DNA from: Giardia intestinalis | Lineage: Eukaryota | Length of the DNA: 64,000 bases | Reading direction: 5' to 3' (one strand) | Assembly (NCBI GenBank): GCA_000002435.2 | Contig: CM018792.1 | In this document: positions 18,393 through 28,354 of the stretch, piece by piece | Layout of the letters: each line of letters opens with the position of its first letter | Numbering within the stretch: the stretch's first letter is position 1 | Position numbers and translations under genes: made by a program | Notes under the pieces: model-generated | What the model was told of the DNA's origin: nothing | Seen by the model: only the letters and a program-made list of their open reading frames with translations | The model's database searches: none

Positions 18393-20411
18393 TGGATAAA
18401 AGTTATATCGCTGTCCGCGCTTAAGAAGCTTTCCTGCCTCTCTTGCAGCACACAGGAACACACACATGCCTTTGAAGGTCCAGCTACGTGTGAAATGTTC
18501 TCCAAATTCCTCAGAAAGCCTTCAAAAACTCCTCTCATAGCAAGCTCTCTCCCAGTACTGCCAATGGTCGAAGTTGATGTTGATACGTATCTTAGAGCAA
18601 AGAGGATGATCTTCTCACACAATGAGTGTAGATTGGTGCTTTCTCAAGACCCGGAGAACTTCCCGCTCTACACATCATCTATACTGCTTTACCTGGCATC
18701 TTCGTTTCTCGTAAAGTCTGCAATCTATGACACTGCAGTGCTTCTTAGCAACGTTCTCAGGGTTCCTATCATTGCTGTAATAGAGAATCCAGGACCGTGC
18801 TATCACCGACTTTACCGTTTTCTCTATGGCACTTACCGGATAATAAGTGTAGGAATCAATATGCATAAGACTACTTATCAACCAAAAGATATAATTGCGC
18901 ATTTCAATGTTTACTATTCTGCAAACATTGTGTTGACGGAATACTTTCCCACACTTGTCAAGAACGAACATCAGCTCCTTACCCCAGCACACGAGCTATC
19001 GCTAACATTTTCTTTGCTCTTGCGAAACGTCGGGGTCTTCTACCTGTCCCCATATCCATTGCGACTGCGTACGGGGCCCCTCCAGGTGGCACAGCTTTCC
19101 AACTCTGTGCTTTCCTGGGATGTTCGGTCACAAGCAGTCCAGCAACAGGGGGTACCACCAGACCCAGCATTTACAAATGCCACCAAGCGGCTGCCATCTC
19201 ACAGCACAAACTACCCGCAATACCCCTGGATCTCCCCTCTCATCTCCACATGCGTGCTTGTTTATGACACTGGACTTAAAAAAGAAAAATACGAACTCAA
19301 TCTATCTTTACGAATGAAAGATTGTATGGATCTGTGGCTGGCTGAAAATGCCTCTTGTCTGATACGAGAATTATACCACTCAACTGATGTTTATTCCATG
19401 CTTAAAGGCATTCTTCTTCTTATGATCGTCAATTCTGGCCTATCTGCATATCATGCAGGTCTCCATTCATCAACAAAACAATACACAACCGAGACTCCTG
19501 TGCGTACAAGCCAAAGGCAGAGGAAGTGGAGAGATGTAGATGCTCAGTTTGAGGCATTGTCTCTGGCTCTAGAGACAGCAGACAAAAGCGTTGATCACTT
19601 GGTTGGAAAAAACCTTCAGGCGTGTTCGGAAAGCCTGACACACACATGCTCCGACCTTCTGAATCAGCTGACAAGCGATAGTGGCCAAGAGACGATATCG
19701 CATGTCATTATTGCAACCTACCTGGGATACATTTCGTTAGAAGCCTTCTTATTGTTCCTTTCTACACAGAAAGCAAGTGCAGCACGCCGCCAAAACAGTC
19801 AAAATAGTCAAAACAGTCAAGACGGTAGAGAGCAGGACAGTGAAGACACATTCACCAAGATATACACATTTGCACTGCTTGACGTAAAGAGCTCTAACAA
19901 GATAGAAGAGGAGAACACAGTAACTCCTCAGTACTTATTATGGGTACTTTACAACAATCACGTGCGAAGATTGTACTTTGAAATGCTGCACTCGTTAGAC
20001 ATTTCCCTGTGCCCAATAGCCAGCCAAGGTGGATTTGTCAACTTTTCTGAAAAGGTTCTTAGTGTGCTTCAGATCCAGTTGCTCTTTGCCCTGTGCTCTC
20101 CTAGCTCGCTTGATCAGTACCTCCTGTTTGTGTTCAGAACTAGTTTTCAGTATGCTCGGCCAGAGCTCGTAAGCCCTATGCCTCTAGTTTCGCGGCAATA
20201 TTTAGCGTATGATCTCACGATAGTGGACATAATCGCTATACTTAGCCCAATATATCGAAAGATGGTCTACCTGTACGCTTTACGGTACATAGAACGTACC
20301 ATCTTCAGCGTTTATGGGAGGAATGTGTCTCGGAGTGCATCCCGACGGCCAGTAGGCTTGCTTCCAAATTTTCGTAATGCGAGTAATCAAATTCATCCAG
20401 GACAGGGATAG
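18345..20411 (+). CDS. Hypothetical protein (688 aa, or 638 aa from the ATG at 18495)
   Basis: ATG verified at 18345, preceded by aaacaaaaagg. An alternative in-frame ATG lies at 18495 (MFSKFLRK...). Contains a short (NSQ)3 tandem repeat encoded at 19795..19830. No recognisable family. Confidence 0.5.
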   Translation: MLLRLSASNLSGGFKHWIKVISLSALKKLSCLSCSTQEHTHAFEGPATCEMFSKFLRKPSKTPLIASSLPVLPMVEVDVDTYLRAKRMIFSHNECRLVLSQDPENFPLYTSSILLYLASSFLVKSAIYDTAVLLSNVLRVPIIAVIENPGPCYHRLYRFLYGTYRIISVGINMHKTTYQPKDIIAHFNVYYSANIVLTEYFPTLVKNEHQLLTPAHELSLTFSLLLRNVGVFYLSPYPLRLRTGPLQVAQLSNSVLSWDVRSQAVQQQGVPPDPAFTNATKRLPSHSTNYPQYPWISPLISTCVLVYDTGLKKEKYELNLSLRMKDCMDLWLAENASCLIRELYHSTDVYSMLKGILLLMIVNSGLSAYHAGLHSSTKQYTTETPVRTSQRQRKWRDVDAQFEALSLALETADKSVDHLVGKNLQACSESLTHTCSDLLNQLTSDSGQETISHVIIATYLGYISLEAFLLFLSTQKASAARRQNSQNSQNSQDGREQDSEDTFTKIYTFALLDVKSSNKIEEENTVTPQYLLWVLYNNHVRRLYFEMLHSLDISLCPIASQGGFVNFSEKVLSVLQIQLLFALCSPSSLDQYLLFVFRTSFQYARPELVSPMPLVSRQYLAYDLTIVDIIAILSPIYRKMVYLYALRYIERTIFSVYGRNVSRSASRRPVGLLPNFRNASNQIHPGQG

Positions 20412-22983
20412 GGATGCTTCTGCAGCGCTGTAGGCAAGTGATCATCGTGTTTAGCTCTGTGTTGAAGCTGCGGACGTATGCGTCCAGGAAGTTCGCTGCC
20501 TCCTGAAGCTTCATGGTAAAGTCCTGAGTAAATATGCTTTGAAAGTTAAATAACTCAGCCACACTGCCATGCAGTAGAGCAATCTGTGCACAGATTTTTA
20601 CCAGTGAAGTGTGAAAGTCTGAAAATATTGAGATTGTCTTATCGGTGAACATCACCTGCCCGTTATATATGTCGCAGCTGCGCAACTGGCGCGGGTGATG
20701 GCCAGACGACTCCTTCGGTGCGGGTAGTGGGGCGTCGGCCATCTTGTGGTAGTTAATTGAGATAAGCATTTTGTAACAAATCGTACGCACTGCAATATCG
20801 TGGTAATAAATAATGTCCTTAATTGTTTCCGCTGCTTCCAGATTGGCGAATAGGGTCATGTACTCTGGGGCAATGCAATCGTGACTGATGTAATTAAGCA
20901 AAGCAAGCACGAGCTGCTTGGTCCTATTTCTAATACATGAAAGCCGTGCGACATACAGGGTATACGCTAGAGGCACCTCTTCAGTGAGCGTTCGATAGTG
21001 AAGGCGGAATATACCCACCCGGCCCGCATTGGTAAGAATCTGCTGTGTGTTTCTTCTGTAAAAGAAGTTAGTGAGCAAGATGATCTGGTCAAGCTTGTCA
21101 TCTGCTGACCGGAGGCGCCACTGAATCTGAAAGATTGTTTCGTAAATCCGGATTTGCCCGGGAGTAATGATAGAGGTCAGGGGGTCCTTTATAGAGTATG
21201 TCACATAGAAATTGGACTTGGAGTTATCTATGCGCACATCCACACACCCCAGGACGTGTGATGGAAGGTTAGAGACATTGCAGCTCATCATTGCCTGTTC
21301 TATCTTCTCAAGCATTGACAGCTTGTACTTATCTCCTCCTGATGTCGAGGACAAGATGGAGCAGAGGGAAGGAATGAAGTCTCCCTGCATGCCCAGTAAA
21401 ATGTACAGAATCCCGTTCAGGTGATCAAAGAGGAGAAACTGCCGTTTTATGATTGCCACAACTGCCTTGGAAGATAGCATGTGAATAGATCTGATGAGCT
21501 TTACCGTCCCCTCACTGGCATCTGACGAGTACGAGGACAGAAGCTTTGCAAAGTTCGCCTCTCGGATGAGAGCCACAATGCTTTCTGGAAAGCGCCATGT
21601 TATGTTATTGCAATCTTCTCTCAAGAAGGCGGAGGCCCGGCCTATTTCAAAGCAAAGCTTGGTCACGTAGGGGCTCAGCAAGGGGTGTGTTTTTAGATCT
21701 GGGGATGAACTGATGTGGAACTTATTGTACCAGTTACTATTGATGAAGATTGAGCGGCTGACCAGGAGGTTATTTGTCTGCAGAATGAGGATGTCAGTCG
21801 AGTTGCTTGTGGTTGGCTGAATAAAGTATTCAGTGCTCAAGAGGCTTCCTTCAATTATCCAGTGCTTCAGATAGTCGAAGAAGGGTTCAGATGCTTTGAT
21901 CAATAACGACTGCCCGATATGGTGCATCTTCCGATCACCATGGAGACTGTACCCAAAGATTATGTTTAATATCTGCGGAGAAGTAAGGCTCTTATCATAT
22001 AAACAGTTATCTGCTATGACCGCCAACGTAGAAATCTCCTCTCTGATCAAGTTGGCTACTGCAGTCAGCTCTACCAGGGTCATTTGCTCCTCAGTGAGCT
22101 GACTGTCTAGCAAACTTATCCTCTGCCTGTACTCACTGAGGCCTGTGTGAAGTGCCTCACAAAGAGACGCTCGTGTCTTGCCCATGTTTGTCTTAGTAAC
22201 GGCATTTAGCAACTCTGTGCAACGAGTGTAGAAGAAGCCGCACGAAGCTATCCGCTCGCAGAAGGTGGCGGCAGTTTGGCTCACAGACAGGCTCTGGTAC
22301 TGTCTCTGAAGCACAAAGTGGGAAATCCCAGATGTTGGGTCCTTTATAAGCTCAAAGTACTGGCCAGGAAGCCCTTGCATGGCGTATATGAGGTCCCTAA
22401 CTATGGCATGCTCTAGTATTGTATCCTTAGAGAGCTTTCCACTGCTTTCATTTGGGATAAGGCGAGTGCTAGTTTCCTTCTGGTCAATTCTTGCCATGCA
22501 CGCTTCTACTGCGCTAGTTTCTGTGTCTGACTCCTCTGATGTGCTGTCAAAATCTTTAAAGAGAATCGATCGTATGCTCTTTTTAGATTTGTGCTTGCTT
22601 TTACCGTGCAATTTATTGGTTTTAGTAGTGGTAAGAGGTGCGCTTTGCATAGTAGTTTGTGTGTTGTCCTGGACAAGTAAGTTATGCGGGGTTGCCAGAA
22701 CAAAAGCTTTGGATTGATTTGCCAGCAGCCGCAAGACATACAAGGTGCTGCGGACATTCTTCAGTGCCTTGTTTTCTGAAAGCTCTTTCAGGCAGCTATC
22801 TACTCGCCGAGATTCCACTGGATTTCCAAGGACCGCTAGCCTAATCCCTGCAACAGTATTCCAGTCATCAAGGGGAGGTACGGGAAAATTGGAAGAAAGC
22901 AAAGTGAAAAACAGTTGTCTCTCCTCTTTGGACGGCTCACGGTGAAGGATTTCTCGGAGTAAAGCGAGGATTGTCTCTAGCAT
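20305..22983 (-). CDS. Gamma-tubulin complex protein (Spc97/Spc98 GCP family, GCP2/3-like)
   Basis: ATG verified at 22983. Contains the GCP N-terminal signature EHAIVRDLIYAMQGLPGQYFEL (family consensus E..LVRDLLY.LQGIDGKY). Size (892 aa) and helical GRIP-like C-terminal half fit GCP2/3. Confidence 0.7.
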   Translation of the reverse strand: MLETILALLREILHREPSKEERQLFFTLLSSNFPVPPLDDWNTVAGIRLAVLGNPVESRRVDSCLKELSENKALKNVRSTLYVLRLLANQSKAFVLATPHNLLVQDNTQTTMQSAPLTTTKTNKLHGKSKHKSKKSIRSILFKDFDSTSEESDTETSAVEACMARIDQKETSTRLIPNESSGKLSKDTILEHAIVRDLIYAMQGLPGQYFELIKDPTSGISHFVLQRQYQSLSVSQTAATFCERIASCGFFYTRCTELLNAVTKTNMGKTRASLCEALHTGLSEYRQRISLLDSQLTEEQMTLVELTAVANLIREEISTLAVIADNCLYDKSLTSPQILNIIFGYSLHGDRKMHHIGQSLLIKASEPFFDYLKHWIIEGSLLSTEYFIQPTTSNSTDILILQTNNLLVSRSIFINSNWYNKFHISSSPDLKTHPLLSPYVTKLCFEIGRASAFLREDCNNITWRFPESIVALIREANFAKLLSSYSSDASEGTVKLIRSIHMLSSKAVVAIIKRQFLLFDHLNGILYILLGMQGDFIPSLCSILSSTSGGDKYKLSMLEKIEQAMMSCNVSNLPSHVLGCVDVRIDNSKSNFYVTYSIKDPLTSIITPGQIRIYETIFQIQWRLRSADDKLDQIILLTNFFYRRNTQQILTNAGRVGIFRLHYRTLTEEVPLAYTLYVARLSCIRNRTKQLVLALLNYISHDCIAPEYMTLFANLEAAETIKDIIYYHDIAVRTICYKMLISINYHKMADAPLPAPKESSGHHPRQLRSCDIYNGQVMFTDKTISIFSDFHTSLVKICAQIALLHGSVAELFNFQSIFTQDFTMKLQEAANFLDAYVRSFNTELNTMITCLQRCRSIPIPVLDEFDYSHYENLEASLLAVGMHSETHSSHKR

Positions 22984-22996
22984 TTTTTAAACAGTT

Positions 22997-24004
22997 ATGA
23001 GTGAGCCCCTCAACTTCTTCTGCCAGACTCCCAAAAATGAGTTTACCCCTGAAGACCTTGGAATGGTAAACGCATTTTTTGAATCTTCCAAGTTCAAAGA
23101 GCAGGGCCTTCACCAGCAATATATAGAACGGTGTCGTCCAAGAAGCCATTCCCTATCGGCCCGCACAACTGCGTTAAGAGCTCTTTTAGAGCCGCAGCAA
23201 GCTCAGCCCCCAAGCGACGTGGCGCATAATATACCCTTTAGCTCTGACGGACTTAACCAGCCAGCACTAATTGCTCCAAGCGCATTGACAACCCTTCCTC
23301 GAAAGCGAACAATAAAGCGTAGGCGCCGTAGCTTGCGGCTTACTATTGAGAGCATGAAGCGTAGCTTGCTAAAGCAGAACCTCGCCAAGCAGACACACAG
23401 GCAGAGCTTTCATTCGGCAGAGACCATAATGGTGAGCGCCCTTGGTCCGTCCCCGCAAACCCTCGTGCGTGCTGATGATGAAGCCCCCGGCGTGTATGTA
23501 TTACCAGAGGGAGCACAAACAGAGGAGTATAAGGTATGGTGCAAGGCAGAGGAAGACCTAGTAAAGCTAATGGAAGCAGACAAGGGGTTCAGTCGTCACT
23601 TTATTAGGCAGACCATGCTAGTATTAGTGAGGTTTCCAATTCTGTTATCTCCACGCATCAAGGCCAAACTGCAGGCCACCGGGGGCATCTTGGTCTTCAG
23701 TGAAAGCAATGCGGCGGTGTTCTGCACTATTTTCGATACACCGTTGAAGTTTCGAAAATTCACTATCACCCTTTCCAAGCTGTGCAGTGCTGAGTATCAC
23801 CAGTTCACAACGATATTTGCTGGAAATCAGTATCTATTTTCCGCCTCCTCTAATACCCGGCTGAACTTTGTTGCACTCCAACGGAAGAGGTTAGAGGAAC
23901 GGACAGTCTATACCATCTTACACTTAGACCCAAGCCTTAATGCCAACAAAATTGTTGCAGCCAGCATTGAAAAAGCTATTACACTTGCGCTTGATGAGCG
24001 CTAG
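22997..24004 (+). CDS. Hypothetical basic protein (335 aa)
   Basis: ATG verified at 22997, only 13 bp from the divergent GCP ATG. Arg/Lys-rich segment (RKRTIKRRRRSLR). No recognisable domain. Confidence 0.45.
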   Translation: MSEPLNFFCQTPKNEFTPEDLGMVNAFFESSKFKEQGLHQQYIERCRPRSHSLSARTTALRALLEPQQAQPPSDVAHNIPFSSDGLNQPALIAPSALTTLPRKRTIKRRRRSLRLTIESMKRSLLKQNLAKQTHRQSFHSAETIMVSALGPSPQTLVRADDEAPGVYVLPEGAQTEEYKVWCKAEEDLVKLMEADKGFSRHFIRQTMLVLVRFPILLSPRIKAKLQATGGILVFSESNAAVFCTIFDTPLKFRKFTITLSKLCSAEYHQFTTIFAGNQYLFSASSNTRLNFVALQRKRLEERTVYTILHLDPSLNANKIVAASIEKAITLALDER

Positions 24005-24018
24005 ATTGCAATTGCAAG

Positions 24019-27000
24019 CTACCGGTTTCTCCTGATCGTTCTCTGCTTTTCTGCTTCAACAACCATTCCTTGCAAAACTAAGAGTCCCTTGTCCTTCTTC
24101 ATCATTTCAACCAAGCGCTTAGCATTATTGAATCCAGAATAGTGAAGACCAGTCGAGATTTGCAGTCTGCGAGACAGATACCTTCCGCAAACAAAGCTTA
24201 ATGCGTCTTTTCGCTTGTTCTTGTCTTCATCATTGGTCAAGAGCTCTCTGTATCTTCCTTGCTGTCCCCACTCTATTAGCTCCTCATCATCTAAAGCTAT
24301 GTCACTGTGACGTGGATCCTCTTTGAGCACTAAGTATTTGTAAGGCTGCAACCCCAGGTTCAATCGCCCGCTGCTCTCCTTTCGAAGCTCTATTTGAAAC
24401 AGTAAGGAGTTTGAGCTAGGTACATACACTGTGAACTCTGAGCTGCCATTCGGTTTGAAGTCAACGTAGTCCTTTATGCACCGCATGCGTTCAAAGCACG
24501 CCAGAAGATTCTGAATATTGAATTGCGGGGGAGCCCTTATGATAGCCTTGATAAATGGCTCTGCTATCCCGACATTGCTGTATGCTAGAGCACTCTGCAT
24601 GACTCCTAGAAAGCTCGGGATAACCGCTACGTAAGACAGTGAGGATCGTATGTGAAACTTATCTAAGAAGGAGGATAGAAACCACGACTCGATGGCACAA
24701 GACTGATACTGCTCTAAAAAGTCTGTCATAAGCATACTCTTTACGTCAACCACGTTATGCAGTGCAATAAGAGCAAGATTTGTCACCGGCTCCTCACACA
24801 AAGGACCTGCGCTGATCAGAATTTTGAACGCTTCTATGAGTGCTACGCTCAACCCTGCGTGGAGGTCTCCAGATAGTGAGTGATAGAACAAGGCACACTC
24901 GTAGTCATCTATCTCACCGTTCGAAGAGGTGTCAATGTATATGGGTACTATATTGGGCTCCTCAGGGCTCCGAGAGGAAAGTACTGCTTTTATGTGGCTA
25001 TTTGCGGTACAGATGAAGGCAACAGTGTGGCGCGTCAAAACAACCCTGTCTTTAAACACCTTGATTTGTAAAAGCTCTGCTCCCATAGGATGCCCACACT
25101 TGGAGAAGCTTAATCCCGGTATGAAGGAGGATAGTACGGGGGCTGTTACTAGATTCTTGCCGCACAGTTGGTGATAATACTTAAGGATATCAAGATTTTG
25201 TATTTGAACAAAGCGATTGCATACTTTTACCACAGATTGCAGAGCATCCATATCGCAGCTTTGCTCCCTGGATAGTGCTGCTGAATGCACATCTATTTTA
25301 TTGAAGATTTCCTTCAGGGTAATGTCAGTACTTGCTACTGCTGCACACATGCTATCATAGTCAGGTGCACCTTTGTCCAACGAATTCTGAGAATGCTCAT
25401 GGGGATCACTACCTTGCTCTGATGATATTTGGACAGTAGCGTGTCCTTCGTCTATGCCTACTCCGAAGCAATCATCAAAAAAGGCGTCCTCCAAAGAAGT
25501 CTCAAGAACTACTGCAGCACCTCCCTCACCTGCATGTGCACTCTGTAGTGAAAGAACGTGGTCTGTAAGGGCTACTTGCAAAAATTCCGGAGGCTCGCCA
25601 AAGGGAGTAACTGACGCACACTTTCCAGGCATGACGTGTTCTTTTAAGTGCAGGATACTATCTCTTATCACATAGTAGCCCTCATCACAGTCCCTGCCGT
25701 AAATGTCAATGAGAAAGCTGTCCAATTGCTCACAGCACCGATCCAGGTGCACGTCTCCCGAAACAGCAAGGATGATTTCGCCGTTGACACTAGAAATACT
25801 ATAAATGGCGCTACTATCAATGGTGCAGAGCAAGTTGAGAGCCGAAATGAGCTGGGGATAGCCCTTTAGTGAAATCGGAGCAATGGAAACATGAATCAGC
25901 GGTGATGGCGCTTCTATGTACCGCAATCCATCCAATCGCTTTACTATGCGCTTCAGAGCCTTCAATTGGTTTTCCTCTAAGCCCTTTTCTGAACGTTTTC
26001 CAGAAGCAGCAGACAGACCTAGGTCCGAAGTATCACGGTGCGTCGTTTCTGTCAATATATGTTGTGACTTGTAGCTAGAGAGTATAGCATCCATTTCTTT
26101 ATCGATGTGAAACGCAGTATTTAAATCAGTCAGTAAGGAACCGAATGGAACAGTAGTTGATACCTCTACTATGCATATATTTCCCTCGTGTGGAACCGTA
26201 GCGGTGTAGGGAACGATGGACTGGATCATGGGGCAATAAAACCCCTTTAGGACCGTGCTAATTCCGAGCTTGCACGTGCTCTCCTTTTCGGTGTAAGCAA
26301 GAAGAGTAAATGATTGATCGACAGCCACAGACCCTGCCAGTATCTTGCAGAGCAAAAAAGAGCGTCGGTCCTCGGCACTGAGACGAGTCTTTTGAGGTAA
26401 ATCCAGATCTTTTTCATTCAAGACCTTTCCGCAAAGTATTACAGTTGGGGTCACTTTATTAAATAAATCTAGGGAACGTGTGTCTAAGGCAGTTCTTACT
26501 CCTTTAGCGATGATGTTATTAGAGAGTAAAGGATTATGGATGCTTATCACTGCTGCATTGAAGATAACATTACTCAAGGAAAGCCAGTCAGAGAGAAAGC
26601 TCTTGATCAATTGTGCCGTGCTAGAATTATTTATGGTTACCTGCTCAAGTGGCTTGCCCATGCATTTGCGGTACATCTTCGAAAGCTTTTTGAATGCTGC
26701 TTCAGTGTCCAATTTGCTGCACGCCAGTACGGCCCAAACGCTTTCAAGTATGAGGGTCACGAATGCTGGTGCGAGGGACTTCTTAACCGTTCGAAAACAA
26801 CCGTTGGTTAGATCCACTGCAACAGCAGCATCCCAAAGGTTTTTGTAAAGCAAGGTCCTGTCATGATTAGGGCTGGCGATAAACGGATATTTCTCGGCTA
26901 ATATTTGTGCAAAGGAAGAGATGGTAAATCCCCAACCTCCAATGGCAGATGCAAAGACGACGTTATCTTTAATAGGAGAGAAGTGGTCTTGTTGTGCAGC

Positions 27001-27615
27001 AGGCTTCCCCTCTACTTCCGTCCATACACTATTGTAGGCTGCATTGCTCTCGTCTATCAATTTTAGAAGGTGGAAGTAGGCCTCAAGAGGTTCCATATTC
27101 AATTCATTGTACAACCGATCCAACTTGTTGATGACCAGGACGATGTCGATCTGCAGTTTAATCAAGTGCTTGAGCACTCCTAGCGTCTGGGAGGCAACGC
27201 CCTCAATGGCATCAACAAGAAGAAAAGCGCCATCGCAAATGGAAACGGCCGCCAAAACCTCGTGGGAGAAGTCACAATGCCCCGGCGTGTCAATGACATT
27301 CATCAACAAGGGTACTCGCATGGCCTTGGCCGAATCCGTACTCTGGTCTTTAAAGAGGTCGACAATCATCTGATTATCTGACAGGTGAAGTAGAGAGACA
27401 GCTGAGGCTTTCATAGTAATGCACCTCTCCTGCTCTGTGTACAGATAGTCCATGTACCGCAGTTGCCCGCTGTGCTCCTTGGCGATTAGGTTGTTGGATG
27501 CCAAAAGGGTATCGACTAACGTAGTCTTTCCGTGATCTATGTGCGCGCAGACACAAATGTTCCTGACATGCTGTGGCTTGGACTGAATGGTCATTGCAAG
27601 GTTCGCATGATCCAT
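24019..27615 (-). CDS. EFL1: EF-2 family GTPase, EFL1/Ria1-like (60S ribosomal subunit maturation)
   Basis: ATG verified at 27615. The G domain starts at the N-terminus: RNICVCAHIDHGKTTL (G1), NVIDTPGHCDF (G3), VINKLDRL (G4). Length 1198 aa with a large insertion, and no N-terminal acidic extension, so it fits EFL1/Ria1 rather than Snu114. Confidence 0.8.
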   Translation of the reverse strand: MDHANLAMTIQSKPQHVRNICVCAHIDHGKTTLVDTLLASNNLIAKEHSGQLRYMDYLYTEQERCITMKASAVSLLHLSDNQMIVDLFKDQSTDSAKAMRVPLLMNVIDTPGHCDFSHEVLAAVSICDGAFLLVDAIEGVASQTLGVLKHLIKLQIDIVLVINKLDRLYNELNMEPLEAYFHLLKLIDESNAAYNSVWTEVEGKPAAQQDHFSPIKDNVVFASAIGGWGFTISSFAQILAEKYPFIASPNHDRTLLYKNLWDAAVAVDLTNGCFRTVKKSLAPAFVTLILESVWAVLACSKLDTEAAFKKLSKMYRKCMGKPLEQVTINNSSTAQLIKSFLSDWLSLSNVIFNAAVISIHNPLLSNNIIAKGVRTALDTRSLDLFNKVTPTVILCGKVLNEKDLDLPQKTRLSAEDRRSFLLCKILAGSVAVDQSFTLLAYTEKESTCKLGISTVLKGFYCPMIQSIVPYTATVPHEGNICIVEVSTTVPFGSLLTDLNTAFHIDKEMDAILSSYKSQHILTETTHRDTSDLGLSAASGKRSEKGLEENQLKALKRIVKRLDGLRYIEAPSPLIHVSIAPISLKGYPQLISALNLLCTIDSSAIYSISSVNGEIILAVSGDVHLDRCCEQLDSFLIDIYGRDCDEGYYVIRDSILHLKEHVMPGKCASVTPFGEPPEFLQVALTDHVLSLQSAHAGEGGAAVVLETSLEDAFFDDCFGVGIDEGHATVQISSEQGSDPHEHSQNSLDKGAPDYDSMCAAVASTDITLKEIFNKIDVHSAALSREQSCDMDALQSVVKVCNRFVQIQNLDILKYYHQLCGKNLVTAPVLSSFIPGLSFSKCGHPMGAELLQIKVFKDRVVLTRHTVAFICTANSHIKAVLSSRSPEEPNIVPIYIDTSSNGEIDDYECALFYHSLSGDLHAGLSVALIEAFKILISAGPLCEEPVTNLALIALHNVVDVKSMLMTDFLEQYQSCAIESWFLSSFLDKFHIRSSLSYVAVIPSFLGVMQSALAYSNVGIAEPFIKAIIRAPPQFNIQNLLACFERMRCIKDYVDFKPNGSSEFTVYVPSSNSLLFQIELRKESSGRLNLGLQPYKYLVLKEDPRHSDIALDDEELIEWGQQGRYRELLTNDEDKNKRKDALSFVCGRYLSRRLQISTGLHYSGFNNAKRLVEMMKKDKGLLVLQGMVVEAEKQRTIRRNR

Positions 27616-27937
27616 TGCTCAACAGGTAAGATGTGAAAGAATCAAATTTATAGCCTTGTCACACCGGTATGTTTGACTGAGAGTTGATTGTTTATGCCGT
27701 CAATACCCATATGTCTCCATCCACAATGAAAACTAACACCCCATCAGGTGATATTCTTTGAAACCGGAGCCATTTGACATGGAATAGCAAGATTAAGTAA
27801 TGCACAAGAATGTCTTACGGGTGTCATAGACATTATTATAACTACAGTAGCATGCAACTCTCTAGTCTACGGCGCTGAATCTGACTATACCTATAACGTA
27901 CACGAGTTAATCCTCATGCTTGAAGTAAGGCGGATGA

Positions 27938-28267
27938 ACGGGGACAAGGTGCTTCACATGCTCCACAGACAGATGTAGTAACTGTAGTGAGAATGGCGTG
28001 TGTGACGCATGCAGTGCTGACAAGAAGGTGAGTCCCGGGAAGACCTCGTGCATGGACGCTTGTCCTGAGAACTCTGCCGAGAACCCAGCTAGTGCCTATG
28101 CATGCAGCAGCGGGTACAGCCCAGACACCAATGGAACCTCTTGTGTGAGTACGGATGTCAGGCTCTCCACGGGCGCCATCGCTGGCATCTCTGTGGCTGT
28201 CATCGTCGTTGTAGGAGGCCTCGTCGGATTCCTCTACTGGTGGTTCATCTGCCGGGGGAAGGCGTAA
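27938..28267 (+). pseudogene. Variant-specific surface protein (VSP) 3' fragment: CXXC tail, transmembrane segment and CRGKA, with no 5' half
   Basis: The reading frame opens right after a TGA at 27935..27937. There is no ATG and no signal peptide; the track's start at 27998 is a GTG. Translation is [30 protein letters not shown]...[31 protein letters not shown], the canonical VSP membrane anchor and invariant CRGKA tail. AGTAAAC is at 28285..28291, 18 nt after the stop. Confidence 0.7.
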
Positions 28268-28284
28268 GTGGCATCCACTTAGGT

Positions 28285-28291
28285 AGTAAAC
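28285..28291 (+). promoter_or_regulatory. Giardia polyadenylation signal AGTAAAC downstream of the VSP fragment
   Basis: Exact AGTAAAC (AGTRAAY consensus) 18 nt after the TAA at 28265..28267. Confidence 0.6.
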
Positions 28292-28354
28292 GCGTCATCG
28301 ACGGATCCCGCCGGGTGCTCCCTCAAGACGGACTGTCGAGATATGGTTCGCAAT

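Noticed and set aside
19795-19830. Tandem repeat caaaacagtcaaaatagtcaaaacagtcaagac (NSQ x3), and gatagtgacagtgacagtgatagc (DSDSDS) at 55437..55460
   Set aside because: These are short in-frame coding microsatellites (low-complexity linkers) inside otherwise normal ORFs, not independent repeat elements.
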